A DNA stretch of 64,000 nucleotides from Hyphomicrobiaceae bacterium (GCA_031393505.1 JANMVX010000175.1:3536-67535), one strand, 5' to 3'; shown: positions 1 to 10,135, counted from the first letter of the stretch. Numbers and translations are program-made. Notes: generated from the sequence alone by a model not told the origin.

Positions 1-1090
1 CAAGGGCGTCGCCCCGGACGTGCGCGCCGCCATCGCGTTCGCCATCGAGAACATCCGCAACTTCCACCAGGCGCAGAAGCCCGAAGAGATGTGGATGAAG
101 GAAGTGCGGCCGGGCGTGTGGGCCGGCGACCGCTGCTCGGCCATCGATTCGGTAGCTTGCTACGTGCCGCGTGGAAAAGGCTCGTTCCCCAGCGTGCTGA
201 TGATGTCGACCATTCCCGCAAAGGTCGCGGGCGTGCCGAAAATTGCCCTGCTGACGCCGCCGGGGCCGGATGGCACTGTGGATGCGGCAACACTCTATGC
301 GTGCGGGCTGATCGGCATCACGGGCGTTTACAAGTGCGGCGGCGCGCAGGCGGTGGCGGCGGCGGCCTATGGCACACAGACGGTGCCGAAATGCCTGAAG
401 ATCCTTGGCCCCGGCAGCCCCTGGGTGGTCGCGGCCAAACGCCTGCTGGCCGACATCATCGACCCTGGCATCCCCGCCGGTCCGAGCGAGGCGATCATCC
501 TGGCCGATGAGTCCGTCGACGGACGCTTGGCCGGGCTGGACCTCATCATAGAGAGCGAGCACGGCCCGGATTCCTCCGCCTTCCTGGTAACGCCGAGCCG
601 CGCCGTCGCCGAGGCCGCCCGCGCCGCCATCCCCACCTATTGGGCTGAAATGGGCGCGCTCCGCGTCGGCTTTTCGTCAACCACGCTCAGCGGGCCGCGC
701 GGCGGCATCGTGCTGACGCGCGACATGGACGAGGCCATCGCCTTCACCAACGATTACGCGCCGGAACATCTCCAGGTGCTGACGCGCGATCCCTGGGCCA
801 CGGTCGGCCGCCTGCGCAATGCCGGTGAGATTCTAATGGGCCGGCACACGCCGACCACGCTCGGCAACTACCTGCTCGGCCCCAACGCCGTGCTGCCGAC
901 CGGCGGCTGGGCGCGCACGGCGTCGCCGCTGTCCGTGTTCGATTTCATGAAGCGCACGTCGCTGGCCTATGTGACAGAGCCCGCCTATCCGGAGCTGGCT
1001 CGCCACGCGCATGCGCTCGCAACGTACGAGGGGTTCGAAGGGCATGCGCTGGCGGTGTCGAGGGTGCGGGACGCGCTGTTGAAGGGTTAG
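1..1090 (+). CDS. hisD: histidinol dehydrogenase, 5' end cut by window edge
   Basis: ORF 20..1090 stays open in the same frame back to base 2. Translation has HisD-like motifs (YVPRGKGSFPSVLMM, ESEHGPDS, YAPEHLQV, PTGGWARTASPLSVFDFMKR). Confidence 0.85.
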   Translation, partial: KGVAPDVRAAIAFAIENIRNFHQAQKPEEMWMKEVRPGVWAGDRCSAIDSVACYVPRGKGSFPSVLMMSTIPAKVAGVPKIALLTPPGPDGTVDAATLYACGLIGITGVYKCGGAQAVAAAAYGTQTVPKCLKILGPGSPWVVAAKRLLADIIDPGIPAGPSEAIILADESVDGRLAGLDLIIESEHGPDSSAFLVTPSRAVAEAARAAIPTYWAEMGALRVGFSSTTLSGPRGGIVLTRDMDEAIAFTNDYAPEHLQVLTRDPWATVGRLRNAGEILMGRHTPTTLGNYLLGPNAVLPTGGWARTASPLSVFDFMKRTSLAYVTEPAYPELARHAHALATYEGFEGHALAVSRVRDALLKG

Positions 1091-1668
1091 GCCTCGTCGT
1101 CGACCGCCAAATCGAGATCGGCAAGCCGCACGGCAAGCTCACGGCAGAGCGTTGGCGTCAGGAGCTGACCCGGCTGAACTTCTTTGACATCTGAATATTC
1201 ACCTTCGACCGGACTCGTATGTACTGTCGTAACGTAGGTTCGGGCGTTTATGACCCAAAACTCGCGCACGCCGAACAACGCGTACACTGACGATTTGGTC
1301 GCCAGATCAAAATGTAGGCTCGAATCTGCCACTTCGACCGCGAGCAAGACCGTTTTCCCTTTGACCTGAAACAACCTTTCGGAGGCCGAAAAAATGACAA
1401 TGTCCGGCTCCGGTTCGTTGTGCTGATCCAATCGGAGAGGCGTTTCATCCGCGAATTTGTAGAGTTCTGCTTTGCGCTCCGCCCAGTAGTTTACGAGTTC
1501 GATGCGCAAGGTTTCGTGGTGGATACCTTTCGGAGACATGGCAACGATCTCTCCCGCGATCAGCTCGATGCGTTCGCTTTCCGCCACTATCCCAGATAGG
1601 ACCATCTGCCGAAGATCGTCGGCAGTCCAAGGTCGACGGTCAAACGGCTCGTGTTCGTGCTTGTTCAT
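1087..1668 (-). CDS. Uma2 (DUF820) family putative endonuclease
   Basis: ORF 1087..1707. Start moved to ATG 1668 (MNKHEHEPF). Uma2-like pattern (ELIAGEIVAMSP, PDIVIF, LAVEVADSS, FGVREFWVI). Visibly lower GC than the flanks. Convergent 4-bp overlap with the hisD stop. Confidence 0.75.
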   Translation of the reverse strand: MNKHEHEPFDRRPWTADDLRQMVLSGIVAESERIELIAGEIVAMSPKGIHHETLRIELVNYWAERKAELYKFADETPLRLDQHNEPEPDIVIFSASERLFQVKGKTVLLAVEVADSSLHFDLATKSSVYALFGVREFWVINARTYVTTVHTSPVEGEYSDVKEVQPGQLLTPTLCRELAVRLADLDLAVDDEA

Positions 1669-1699
1669 GACCGCTGTGTAGCACGCCAAAGGGCAGCAG

Positions 1700-2464
1700 T
1701 CAGCCACCCGTCATCAGCTTCAAGATCCCCGACCGCAGCAGCTCGGCCGACACGATGGCCAGACACACATTTGCGATCAGGTAGAACCGCTCCTGGGCCA
1801 CGCGCCTGTTGAGCCAGACGCCGCAATAGGAGGCGATCACCGCCATCGGCAGCAAGGTCAGGCCGATGGTCAGGCTGGCGACATTGATCAGGCCAAGCGC
1901 CACGAACGGGCCGACCTTGATGAAGTTCAGCGCGGCAAAGCACATCACCATGGTCCCGGAGAATATCACCGGGGGCAGCTTTTGCGGTTGCAGGTAAATC
2001 TGCGCCAAGGGACCGCCGGCGTGGCTGATGAAACTGGTGAAGCCGGCAGCCGTACACAGAATGAGCGACAGAACGCGGCCGGGCGGTTGCATCTCCATGG
2101 CGCGCGCCTTCAGAAACAGCGCATGCAGAAGAAACACGATGCCGATAGCGCCGAGCAGCACGCGAAAATGCGCCTCGGTGATCCAGGAGGCCGTCAGCCA
2201 GCCGATGGCGAGGCCAATGAGCGCCGTCGGTAGCAGCACCATGAGATGCTTGCGGTCGAACGTGTTCCGGTAAGACCAAACTGCAACCACATCCATCGCC
2301 AACAGGACCGGCAACATGATGCCCGATCCCGTCGCTGGCGGTACGACCAGAGACAGCAGCGGCACGCCCAGCAGGCCGAGCCCGGGCAGAAAGCCGCCCT
2401 TGCTGAGCCCGACCAGAAACACGATCGGCAGCGCGGCGGCGTAGAACCAGGGGTCGGTGAGCAT
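1700..2464 (-). CDS. TauE/SafE family sulfite/anion exporter membrane protein
   Basis: ORF 1700..2536. Start moved to ATG 2464 (MLTDPWFYAAALPIVFLVGLSKGGF). Polytopic hydrophobic protein with the internal duplication typical of TauE/SafE. Confidence 0.8.
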   Translation of the reverse strand: MLTDPWFYAAALPIVFLVGLSKGGFLPGLGLLGVPLLSLVVPPATGSGIMLPVLLAMDVVAVWSYRNTFDRKHLMVLLPTALIGLAIGWLTASWITEAHFRVLLGAIGIVFLLHALFLKARAMEMQPPGRVLSLILCTAAGFTSFISHAGGPLAQIYLQPQKLPPVIFSGTMVMCFAALNFIKVGPFVALGLINVASLTIGLTLLPMAVIASYCGVWLNRRVAQERFYLIANVCLAIVSAELLRSGILKLMTGG

Positions 2465-2615
2465 GTTTGGTCCGGTGGTAGCAATTGGGTGTAGGGCGTA
2501 ATAGGCGCTCTTTCTTCGCGCCGTATTGCGCCGCAAGGGGCCAATACATACGCTTGCGATTGTGGTCCCTCCTGCGGCGCAATACGGCCGAAGTGGGCCT
2601 ATTGCGCCCTACTGC

Positions 2616-5600
2616 CTAATCCTTATCCGGCTTGCCCAACCCTCCGCCGCCGGGCAGTTCCATGATCAGTCGGTCGCCGGCGGGGATGATCTGCTTGCCT
2701 TTTCCGCGCAATTTCTTGCCGGACCCTAGCCGCACCACTCCAGCTTGACCTGGCTTGCCGCCTTGGCGGCCGCGGGCGGGATAGTCGATGCGGTCGAACA
2801 GGGCGTAAACGCCGAAAGGGGCGCCCTCGGCGTGCATGACCTCGATGATCTGGCCGTCGCCGCCCTGTTGCAGGCCAGCACCTCCGGAGCCGGGGCGCAG
2901 TTCCTTGCGCACAAAGATGATGGGGGCGATGGACTCGGTGGCTTCCACGGGCGTTGCGCGCACGCCGGAGGGAAAGGCCGTGGCCGACAGGCCGGGTTTG
3001 CCGGGCCGTCCGCCGGTGCCGCCGGACTGGAACACGGTGACCGAGAACGGCGTCGCCGTCCCATAATCGTGCTCGCCGGTCTGGCCGTGGCCGCCGACCA
3101 CCATCATGGCCCAGAGCGAGGACGAGCCTTCCGCCGGCACCCGTCCTGGTACCGCCTTTTCGAGGCAGCCCAGCACCACGTCGGGCAGCAGCTGGCCGAT
3201 GACGTGGCGGGTGGCGACGGCGGCGGGACGGGGAGCATTGAGGATGCAGCCGAGCGGGGCGGTGACGCGGATGGGCGCCAACGAGCCGGCGTTGTTGGGG
3301 ATTTTGCCGCCGATGACGGAACGCACGCCGAATGATCCGTAGGCCTGCGTGTAGGTTAATGGAACGTTGATGCCGAAGGCCGACACTTTTGACGTGCCGG
3401 AAAAATCGACGTCGATACCGTCCCTGCCGATGGTGAGCTTCGCCTTCAGCAGCACCGGCTTTTCATAGCCGTCGACCATCATCTCGTTTTCGTACACGCC
3501 CTTGGGCAGGGCACGGATTTCCGCCAGCATGCCGTCGCGCGAGGTCGTGATGATGTGCTCGCCGATCTCGTCGAGAGTATCGAGATCGAAGTCGTCCATC
3601 AGTTCCACCAGCCGCTCGCCGCCAACCGCATTGGAGGTGGTGAGCGAATAGAGATCGCCGACGAGTTGCACCGGCTCGCGTACGTTAGCGCGCACGATGG
3701 CGATCAGGTCTTCGTTGATCTCGCCTTTGCGGAAGAGGTGCATGATGGGAACGCAGAGGCCTTCCTCGAACACCTGTCCGGCGTCCGGCCCAAAGCCGCG
3801 CCCGCCGATATCGACGACGTGCACGGTGGCCGCGAACATGGCGACAATCTTCTTTTTACGGAAGATCGGCGTCACGACGGAGAAATCGAACTGGTGCCCG
3901 GTGCCAAGCCAGCTGTCGTTGGTAACGTAAACGTCGCCCTCGGCCATGGTGGCGACGGGGAAGCGTTCGATGAAGAAGCCGACCGAGGAGGCCATGGCGT
4001 TGACGTGCCCCGGCGTGCCGGTGATGGCCTGGGCCAGCATGCGGCCTTTCAGGTCAAAGACACCGGCGGAAAGGTCGCCCGCCTCGCGCACGGTGGTGGA
4101 AAAGGCTGTGCGGATGAGGGCCTGGGCCTGTTCCTCGACGGTCGCGATCAGCCGGTCCCACAGCACTTGGTTGCGGATCTGGGCACTGGCCGCGCTGACG
4201 GACGCCCTCTTGCCGACCAGTTCCAACACTAGATCGCCGCGCGCATTCAACCGCGCCTGAAAACCGGGCGGCACGGCGGTCGTGGTCTGATCTTCCGTGA
4301 TCACTGCAGGGCCGGGCACATGTTGAGTCGTTGTCAGGCCGGCGCGAGGGAACTCGCCAGCAGTCACCGTGCGCTCGGCGCCGGGAAACTGGATCTCGCG
4401 TTTGCTTGCCGCCTTTGCAGCGGATGTCTTGACCATCTTTTCACGTCCCTTCGCAACCTTGGCGACGGGCGCAGAAATCACGCTAGACCAGGTGAGGATC
4501 TCCACATCCAGACCCGGCACCACGCGATGATACTGGCGCTCGTATTCGGCCTCGAACGCGGCGCGGATTTTCTCGCCATCCGCCTTGATCAGCGCGCCCT
4601 CAGGCACCGCTACCTTGATCTCGTGCCCCTGGCCGACATAGCGCGCGTAGGCCCAGCGCCGCTCCTCCAGCTTGCCCTTGGCCGCAGCCAGCCGCACCAC
4701 GGCCTCGGCCTCCTTGCGCATGGCGCCAAACAGCGTGTTCAACCCGGCCGGGTCGAATGTCTTTAGGCGGATGTGCCGGCTACGCACCACCTCATAGGCC
4801 ACCGGCGCCAGCAAAAACCCAATGGCCGAGCCGACGCCCGCGCCCTTCGGAATTATTATCCGCGTAACGCCCAATTTCCCGGCAAGCCGGGCCGCATGCA
4901 ATGGTGCCGCGCCGCCGAACGCAATCATGGTGCGGCCTGCCAGCTCCAAGCCACGCTCTACGGCATGCACGCGCGCTGCGCCCGCCATGTTTTCATCGAC
5001 GATTTCCACCACGCCCTCGGCGGCGGCCACGGCCGACAGTTTCAATTTGCCGCCCACGGACGATAGCAGCGCCTTTTCCGCAGCGCGCGTGTCGAGTTGC
5101 ATCCGCCCGCCAGCAAATCCCGCCGAGGCCAGCCGCCCTAGCACCAGATTGGCGTCCGTCACCGTCGCGCCCGTCCCGCCTTGTCCGTAACAGGCCGGCC
5201 CCGGCTGCGCGCCAGCGCTCTCCGGCCCCACCTTGATGCGGCCCAGCGCATCGACGCCCGCGATAGAGCCGCCGCCCGCGCCGATCTCGACCATCTCCAC
5301 CACCGGGATTTTCACCGGCATGCCAGAACCCTTCATGAAGCGGTGCGCGCGGTTCACTTCAAAGAAGCGGGAGAGCAGCGGCTCGCCATCGTCGATGAGA
5401 CAGATCTTGGCCGTCGTCCCGCCCATGTCGAACGAGACCACATTGTCTTCGCCCAGCTCGCGCGCGATGCGGGCCGCCAGGATGGCGCCACCGGCCGGAC
5501 CGGATTCCACCAGCCGGATCGGGAACTGCGCGGCCGTCTCCACCGTCACAAGATGCCCGCCCGACGTCATCAGCAGGAACGGGCAGCCAAAGCCCTCGGC

Positions 5601-6281
5601 TTTCAAATCCGACGTGAGCTGATTGAGGTAGCTCGCCATCAGCGGTTTCACATAGGCGTTGGCCGTGGTGGTCGACTGCCGCTCGTACTCGCGGATTTCG
5701 GGACAGACCTCCGACCCCAGCGAAAGCGACACTTTTGGCAGCCGCCGCGCTATCACCGCCCCAATGCGCTGCTCATGCGCGGGGTTGGCATAGGCGTGCA
5801 GCAGCCCAACGGCGACGCTTTCCACGCCCGCCTTCTCGATGGCGGCGATAGCTTTATCGAGCGTACCCTCATCCAGCGGCGTCAGCACGTCTCCACGGAA
5901 ACTCATGCGCTCTTTCACGGGCAGCCGCAGCTCGCGCGGCACCAGCGGCGCCAAACGATCCGCTAACAGATCATATTGGTCGAAGCGGCTCTCCGTCCCA
6001 ATCTCCAGGGAGTCCCGATGTCCCTCGGTCACGATCAGGGCGGTTCGCGCGCCCTTGCGCTCGATCAGCGCGTTGGTGGCCAGCGTGGTGCCGTGGATGA
6101 TCAGCGACACATCGCGGGGGCGGGTGTCCGTCTGCAAGAGCAGATCGCGCACGCCCGTCATGAAGCCAAAAGCCGGATTGCCCGGCGTGGTCAGCACCTT
6201 GATCGAGTGCGTCGCGCCATCGCGGTCCAGCACGACATCGGTAAAGGTGCCGCCGATATCGACGGAGAGGCGGGAGGTCAT
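2616..6281 (-). CDS. fused hydantoinase A / hydantoinase B family protein (5-oxoprolinase / N-methylhydantoinase type)
   Basis: 1233-aa ORF 2616..6317. The N-terminal half has the HyuA signature (SVDIGGTFTDVV, FDMGGTTAKI). The C-terminal half is HyuB-like (GDVYVTNDSWLGTGHQFD). ATG 6281 is preferred over GTG 6317, which lies inside a REP-like hairpin arm. Confidence 0.85.
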   Translation of the reverse strand: MTSRLSVDIGGTFTDVVLDRDGATHSIKVLTTPGNPAFGFMTGVRDLLLQTDTRPRDVSLIIHGTTLATNALIERKGARTALIVTEGHRDSLEIGTESRFDQYDLLADRLAPLVPRELRLPVKERMSFRGDVLTPLDEGTLDKAIAAIEKAGVESVAVGLLHAYANPAHEQRIGAVIARRLPKVSLSLGSEVCPEIREYERQSTTTANAYVKPLMASYLNQLTSDLKAEGFGCPFLLMTSGGHLVTVETAAQFPIRLVESGPAGGAILAARIARELGEDNVVSFDMGGTTAKICLIDDGEPLLSRFFEVNRAHRFMKGSGMPVKIPVVEMVEIGAGGGSIAGVDALGRIKVGPESAGAQPGPACYGQGGTGATVTDANLVLGRLASAGFAGGRMQLDTRAAEKALLSSVGGKLKLSAVAAAEGVVEIVDENMAGAARVHAVERGLELAGRTMIAFGGAAPLHAARLAGKLGVTRIIIPKGAGVGSAIGFLLAPVAYEVVRSRHIRLKTFDPAGLNTLFGAMRKEAEAVVRLAAAKGKLEERRWAYARYVGQGHEIKVAVPEGALIKADGEKIRAAFEAEYERQYHRVVPGLDVEILTWSSVISAPVAKVAKGREKMVKTSAAKAASKREIQFPGAERTVTAGEFPRAGLTTTQHVPGPAVITEDQTTTAVPPGFQARLNARGDLVLELVGKRASVSAASAQIRNQVLWDRLIATVEEQAQALIRTAFSTTVREAGDLSAGVFDLKGRMLAQAITGTPGHVNAMASSVGFFIERFPVATMAEGDVYVTNDSWLGTGHQFDFSVVTPIFRKKKIVAMFAATVHVVDIGGRGFGPDAGQVFEEGLCVPIMHLFRKGEINEDLIAIVRANVREPVQLVGDLYSLTTSNAVGGERLVELMDDFDLDTLDEIGEHIITTSRDGMLAEIRALPKGVYENEMMVDGYEKPVLLKAKLTIGRDGIDVDFSGTSKVSAFGINVPLTYTQAYGSFGVRSVIGGKIPNNAGSLAPIRVTAPLGCILNAPRPAAVATRHVIGQLLPDVVLGCLEKAVPGRVPAEGSSSLWAMMVVGGHGQTGEHDYGTATPFSVTVFQSGGTGGRPGKPGLSATAFPSGVRATPVEATESIAPIIFVRKELRPGSGGAGLQQGGDGQIIEVMHAEGAPFGVYALFDRIDYPARGRQGGKPGQAGVVRLGSGKKLRGKGKQIIPAGDRLIMELPGGGGLGKPDKD

Positions 6282-6304
6282 GTGCGGGGGCTCGGAGAGT
6301 GACT

Positions 6305-6384
6305 GGGTGTCAGGCACTTATAGCGCTTGCGCCCCTGTTGCCAACCAGCACGGCTGGCGAAGGCGCCATAAGGTCCTGACACCG
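6305..6384. repeat. REP-like inverted pair (GGTGTCAGGCACTTA ... TAAGGTCCTGACACC)
   Basis: Two arms of about 15 nt related to the GGTGTCAGACAC REP motif seen at 10136, 10881 and 34315, separated by about 48 nt. Confidence 0.45.
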
Positions 6385-6497
6385 AGCGCCACGTGTGGGC
6401 AGGTGAGATAATCAGGAGGCACAAAGAGCTTGACACGGACGGCTGGCCTTTGCCTGTTATGGTTCATGGTGCTATAGTTTTTAGGCTTAGAGGACCA

Positions 6498-6877
6498 ATG
6501 CGGGTTTTCAAGACGCGGACCATGGCGCGCTATTGCAAGGCCGAGGCATCAGTGACGCGCTGCTGGCGGAGGCCATCGCGCGTGCGGAACGTGGGCTGAT
6601 CGACGCCGCGCTGGGCAGCGATCTGATAAAGCAGCGTATCGCACGCCCCGGCAAAGGACGCAGCGGCGGATGGAGAACGATTATCGCCTACTGGTCAGGC
6701 AACCGCGCCGTTTTCCTGTTCGGGTTCGCCAAGAGCAACCTGGACAATATCGACGCCGCTTTGTTGGCGAGTTTGAAGCTGACCGGGGCGGCAATCTTGA
6801 CGGCCAAGAACGCCGTCATTGAAGCGCAGTTGGACGACAAACGCCTGCTGGAGATTCCATATGGCCAAGAAAACTGA
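6498..6877 (+). pseudogene. RelE/ParE-superfamily toxin (COG4737-like), apparently frameshifted near 6545
   Basis: The typical N-terminus MRVFKTRTMARYCKAE is read in the frame of ATG 6498. The rest (GISDALLAEAIARAERGLID...GGWRTIIAYWSGNRAVFLFGFAKSNLDNI) is in the frame of ORF 6533..6877. One extra G in GAGGC (6543-6547) would join them. Confidence 0.55.
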
Positions 6878-7190
6878 TCCTAATCCTCGTCTCGCCGCCG
6901 AGCTGCTCGAGACAGTCGCGGATTTCCGTGGCACGCTGATCGACGAGGCGACGGCGGACAAAATTACGGCCCGCATCCTGGGCAAGGCAGCCAAACTTCC
7001 GACCCCGCCGCCCGAAGAAATCCGTTCCCTGCGCGAGACCGCCAACATGAGCCAGGCCGTATTCGCGCGCCTGCTCAACGTCACCACCGGTTACGTGTCG
7101 CAGCTCGAACGCGGCGTCAAACGCCCAACCGGCCCGGCGCTGGCGCTGCTGACGGTGATCAAACGCAAGGGGGTGGGGGTGCTGATGTGA
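6861..7190 (+). CDS. XRE-family HTH antitoxin / DNA-binding protein paired with the upstream toxin
   Basis: ORF 6819..7190. Start moved to ATG 6861 (MAKKTDPNP). C-terminal HTH (MSQAVFARLLNVTTGYVSQLERGVKRPTG). Overlaps the toxin 3' end by 17 bp. Confidence 0.75.
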   Translation: MAKKTDPNPRLAAELLETVADFRGTLIDEATADKITARILGKAAKLPTPPPEEIRSLRETANMSQAVFARLLNVTTGYVSQLERGVKRPTGPALALLTVIKRKGVGVLM

Positions 7191-7210
7191 GGGGGGAGGC
7201 CTGTTGGAGC

Positions 7211-7774
7211 CTATCGCCACTCCGACGCCAACAACCCGTAGATCGCGCTGTCTGAGATCTCGCCAGAGACAATCCAGCGCTCCCTCAACAAACCTTCGCG
7301 GACAAACCCCAGTCGCTCAAGCATTCGCGCCGAGTTGACGTTGCGCGGATCGATATCGGCTTCGACGCGGTGCAGTCCAAGCGCACCAAAGCCAAACGAC
7401 AACAGCGCCGTCGCCGCTTCGCGCATAAAACCTTGGCCCCATAACCGTCGGTCGAGCAGATATCCGATTTCCGCGCGCCGGCTCTCGGAGATGATAGCGA
7501 AGAGGGTGCAAGTGCCGACCAGTTCACCGGTCAAAAGGGTTTCTATCCCAAACAACACTTCGGTCTCGCTCGGCAGTCTGGCTTGGGCCTTGCTCAAGAA
7601 CTCTTCCGCTTGCGAAACTGCGGTCCAGGGAGGCGACGACCAGTATCGCATCGTCTCGCGGTCGGACATCATCGCAAACAGCGCTGCGCCATCGTCGGCG
7701 GCAAGCGGCCGCAACCACAACCGCTCCGTGGTGATCGGGTTCGAGGTGCTCGCACCCGCCCTCACCGCCCCCAC
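7211..7774 (-). CDS. GNAT family N-acetyltransferase (RimJ/RimL-like)
   Basis: 187-aa ORF with TTERLWLRPL...RYW and the acetyl-CoA motif RRLWGQGFMREA typical of GNAT. Confidence 0.8.
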   Translation of the reverse strand: MGAVRAGASTSNPITTERLWLRPLAADDGAALFAMMSDRETMRYWSSPPWTAVSQAEEFLSKAQARLPSETEVLFGIETLLTGELVGTCTLFAIISESRRAEIGYLLDRRLWGQGFMREAATALLSFGFGALGLHRVEADIDPRNVNSARMLERLGFVREGLLRERWIVSGEISDSAIYGLLASEWR

Positions 7775-8496
7775 TCCTCCCCCGCATTAACCAACTCCGC
7801 ATCCGGGAACTCCGGCGTGCCATAGGTCCGGAACAGCTCCAGCACCCGGCTCATCTCGCGCTTGTCCAGCAGCCGCGGCATGCCGAGCTGGCGCGCCCGG
7901 CAGTACATGCCCGCCAGCGTCTCCACCTCCACCGCCAGTCCCAGCGTTTTGTCCAGCCCCGCTCCCAGGCAGATCAGTCCGTGGTTGGCCAGCAGGCACG
8001 CGCGCCGCCCCTCCAGCGCCTTCAGCACGTTGTCGCTCAGCGCCTGCGTGCCAAACGTCGCATAGCTGGCGCAGCGGATGCTATCTCCGCCGGCCACCGC
8101 CACCATGTAGTGGAACGGCGGGATGCCGCGGCGCAGACACGCCAGCGTGGTCGAGAACATGGAGTGCGTGTGCAAGACGACGTTCGCCTCGGGGCGCGAT
8201 TTCAGGATATCGCGGTGAAAGCGCCATTCGGTGGAGGGGCGTCGGCGGCCGTACCAGCGGCCGGACATGTCCATGACGGGCACGTCGTCGGGGCGCATGA
8301 CGTCGTAGGGAATGCCGGAGGGGGTGATGAGGAAGTGCCCGGCATCAAGGCGCAGGCTGACGTTGCCGGACGGGCCCTGGTTCAGGCCCATGGCGTTCAT
8401 GCGCCGGCAGGTGTCGACCACCTCGGCCGCCAGGTCCAAGCGGGAGCGATGGGCGTAGGGCGGTGGTGCGACTGGCGTGTCGGAATTCGCGGGCAT
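7762..8496 (-). CDS. class II aldolase/adducin family protein
   Basis: 244-aa ORF with GPSGNVSLR, ITPSGIPY and HTHS motifs of fuculose-phosphate-aldolase-like enzymes. 13-bp overlap with the GNAT start. Confidence 0.85.
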   Translation of the reverse strand: MPANSDTPVAPPPYAHRSRLDLAAEVVDTCRRMNAMGLNQGPSGNVSLRLDAGHFLITPSGIPYDVMRPDDVPVMDMSGRWYGRRRPSTEWRFHRDILKSRPEANVVLHTHSMFSTTLACLRRGIPPFHYMVAVAGGDSIRCASYATFGTQALSDNVLKALEGRRACLLANHGLICLGAGLDKTLGLAVEVETLAGMYCRARQLGMPRLLDKREMSRVLELFRTYGTPEFPDAELVNAGEEWGR

Positions 8497-8647
8497 GGGG
8501 GTCTCGCGGGGGCGGTTCAGACTCGGGATCCAGATTCAATCCCATATTCGGATCGGGTTGTCACCGACGCCTGCGGGCAGGAACAGCCAGGTGGCGCGAC
8601 CGGGGCAATCTTGGATACACTGGTGCCGGAAACCGGAGGAGAGACCC

Positions 8648-9415
8648 ATGGCAGGCAGGCTTGACGGCAAAGTGGCGTTGATTTCGGGCGGGGCGACTGG
8701 CATGGGCGGGGCGGCCTCAAGGCTGTTCGCAGCCGAGGGCGCAAAGGTGGGCATCGTCGACCGTAATGTGGCGGCGGGGACCGCGCTGGTCGAGGAGATC
8801 CGGAACGCTGGCGGAACCGCCATGTTCGCGGCCGCCGATGTCTCGAAATCAGCGGATGTGACTGGCGCGGTCGCCGAGGTGAACAAGGCGCTCGGCCCGA
8901 TCCGCGTGCTGTTCAATCACGCCGGCACCATCATCATAAAGCCGTTCCTGGAAACCACCGAGGAAGAGTGGGACTGGCTGATGGCGGTGAACGTCAAGAG
9001 CATGTTTCTGATGACCAAGGCCGTGCTGCCGCAGATGATCGCAGCCGGCGGCGGCTCGATCGTGTGCACCTCGTCGATCTCGGGCGTCGTCTCAACGCCG
9101 CTGGAAGTCGCCTACAGCGCCACCAAGGGCGCCTGCCACATGTTCGCCCGCGCCATCGCGGTGGATTTCCGCGACAAGGGCATCCGTTGCAACGCGGTCT
9201 GCCCCGGTTTCGTGCGCACGCCGCACGGCCTGCGCGAGGTCAAAGAGCTGACGGCGCTCGGCGTCGACGCCTCCGACGCCGCGCTGGCCGTCTCGCAGGG
9301 CCGCATCTGCGAGCCCGAAGAAGTCGCCCGCGCCGCCCTGTTCCTGGCCAGCGACGAAGCGAGCTTCGTCAACGGCACGCATCTGTTCGTGGACAATGGG
9401 TTTACGGCGGTGTGA
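8648..9415 (+). CDS. SDR family oxidoreductase
   Basis: ORF 8477..9415. Start moved to ATG 8648 (MAGRLDGKVALISGGATGMGGA = TGxxxGxG). Catalytic YSATKGA is present. Confidence 0.9.
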   Translation: MAGRLDGKVALISGGATGMGGAASRLFAAEGAKVGIVDRNVAAGTALVEEIRNAGGTAMFAAADVSKSADVTGAVAEVNKALGPIRVLFNHAGTIIIKPFLETTEEEWDWLMAVNVKSMFLMTKAVLPQMIAAGGGSIVCTSSISGVVSTPLEVAYSATKGACHMFARAIAVDFRDKGIRCNAVCPGFVRTPHGLREVKELTALGVDASDAALAVSQGRICEPEEVARAALFLASDEASFVNGTHLFVDNGFTAV

Positions 9416-9433
9416 GGCGCGCGCCGAACCCAC

Positions 9434-10057
9434 CTACGGCTTAGCCACATAGATCGGATTGACCGTCATGAACCGTACCGTCAGCTGTTGCGCCAGCGCC
9501 GGCGAAACCGTCTGCAGGTAGTCCCGCGCCTTGGCGCTATCGTCCTGGATCTTGAGCGAAAAACTCTTGGCCTCGCCGATCCCCATGGCGCGGTCCTCGC
9601 CCACGACCAGGACGTGGCCGACGTAGACCACGTCACCGGGGGACACAGTTAACGACGCCAGCGGAACCCCCAGCATGGCCGACTTGTTCGTCAGGTAGAT
9701 CTTGCCACCGACCATCTGGGTGAACGAGACCAGATCGAGGGGGCCGGCGTCCACCTGCTTGATGGACGGCCGTTCGCGCCGGTCGTCGCTGCCGGACGAT
9801 ACGCCGTTTTGAAGCGCGTCCAGAGCCGTGGAGCCCGGCCGGCCGAACGAGAGCTGCATCGGATTGTCGAGATCGCCCAGAATTCCCGTGATCGAATAGG
9901 AGGACGAAAAGACGATGACGGCCTTGCCGCTTGCCTTCAGGTTTGCCGGCGCAACCGATTTCAACGCGGCGACATCGGGAGCCATTCCGCCGCCGCCACA
10001 GCCGGCCAGCACAACACAAACACACGCCGCAACAACGCTTACCCACGCCCTGACCAT
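9434..10057 (-). CDS. hypothetical lipoprotein
   Basis: 207-aa ORF with a signal peptide and lipobox (VVLAGCGGGG). No family recognised. Confidence 0.55.
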   Translation of the reverse strand: MVRAWVSVVAACVCVVLAGCGGGGMAPDVAALKSVAPANLKASGKAVIVFSSSYSITGILGDLDNPMQLSFGRPGSTALDALQNGVSSGSDDRRERPSIKQVDAGPLDLVSFTQMVGGKIYLTNKSAMLGVPLASLTVSPGDVVYVGHVLVVGEDRAMGIGEAKSFSLKIQDDSAKARDYLQTVSPALAQQLTVRFMTVNPIYVAKP

Positions 10058-10135
10058 GACGCCCCCCTATGATCCGGTCACAGCATAACGTGCCAGGGGT
10101 GACTGAGCAAATGAGGAGGTGACCACGGGACGCCC

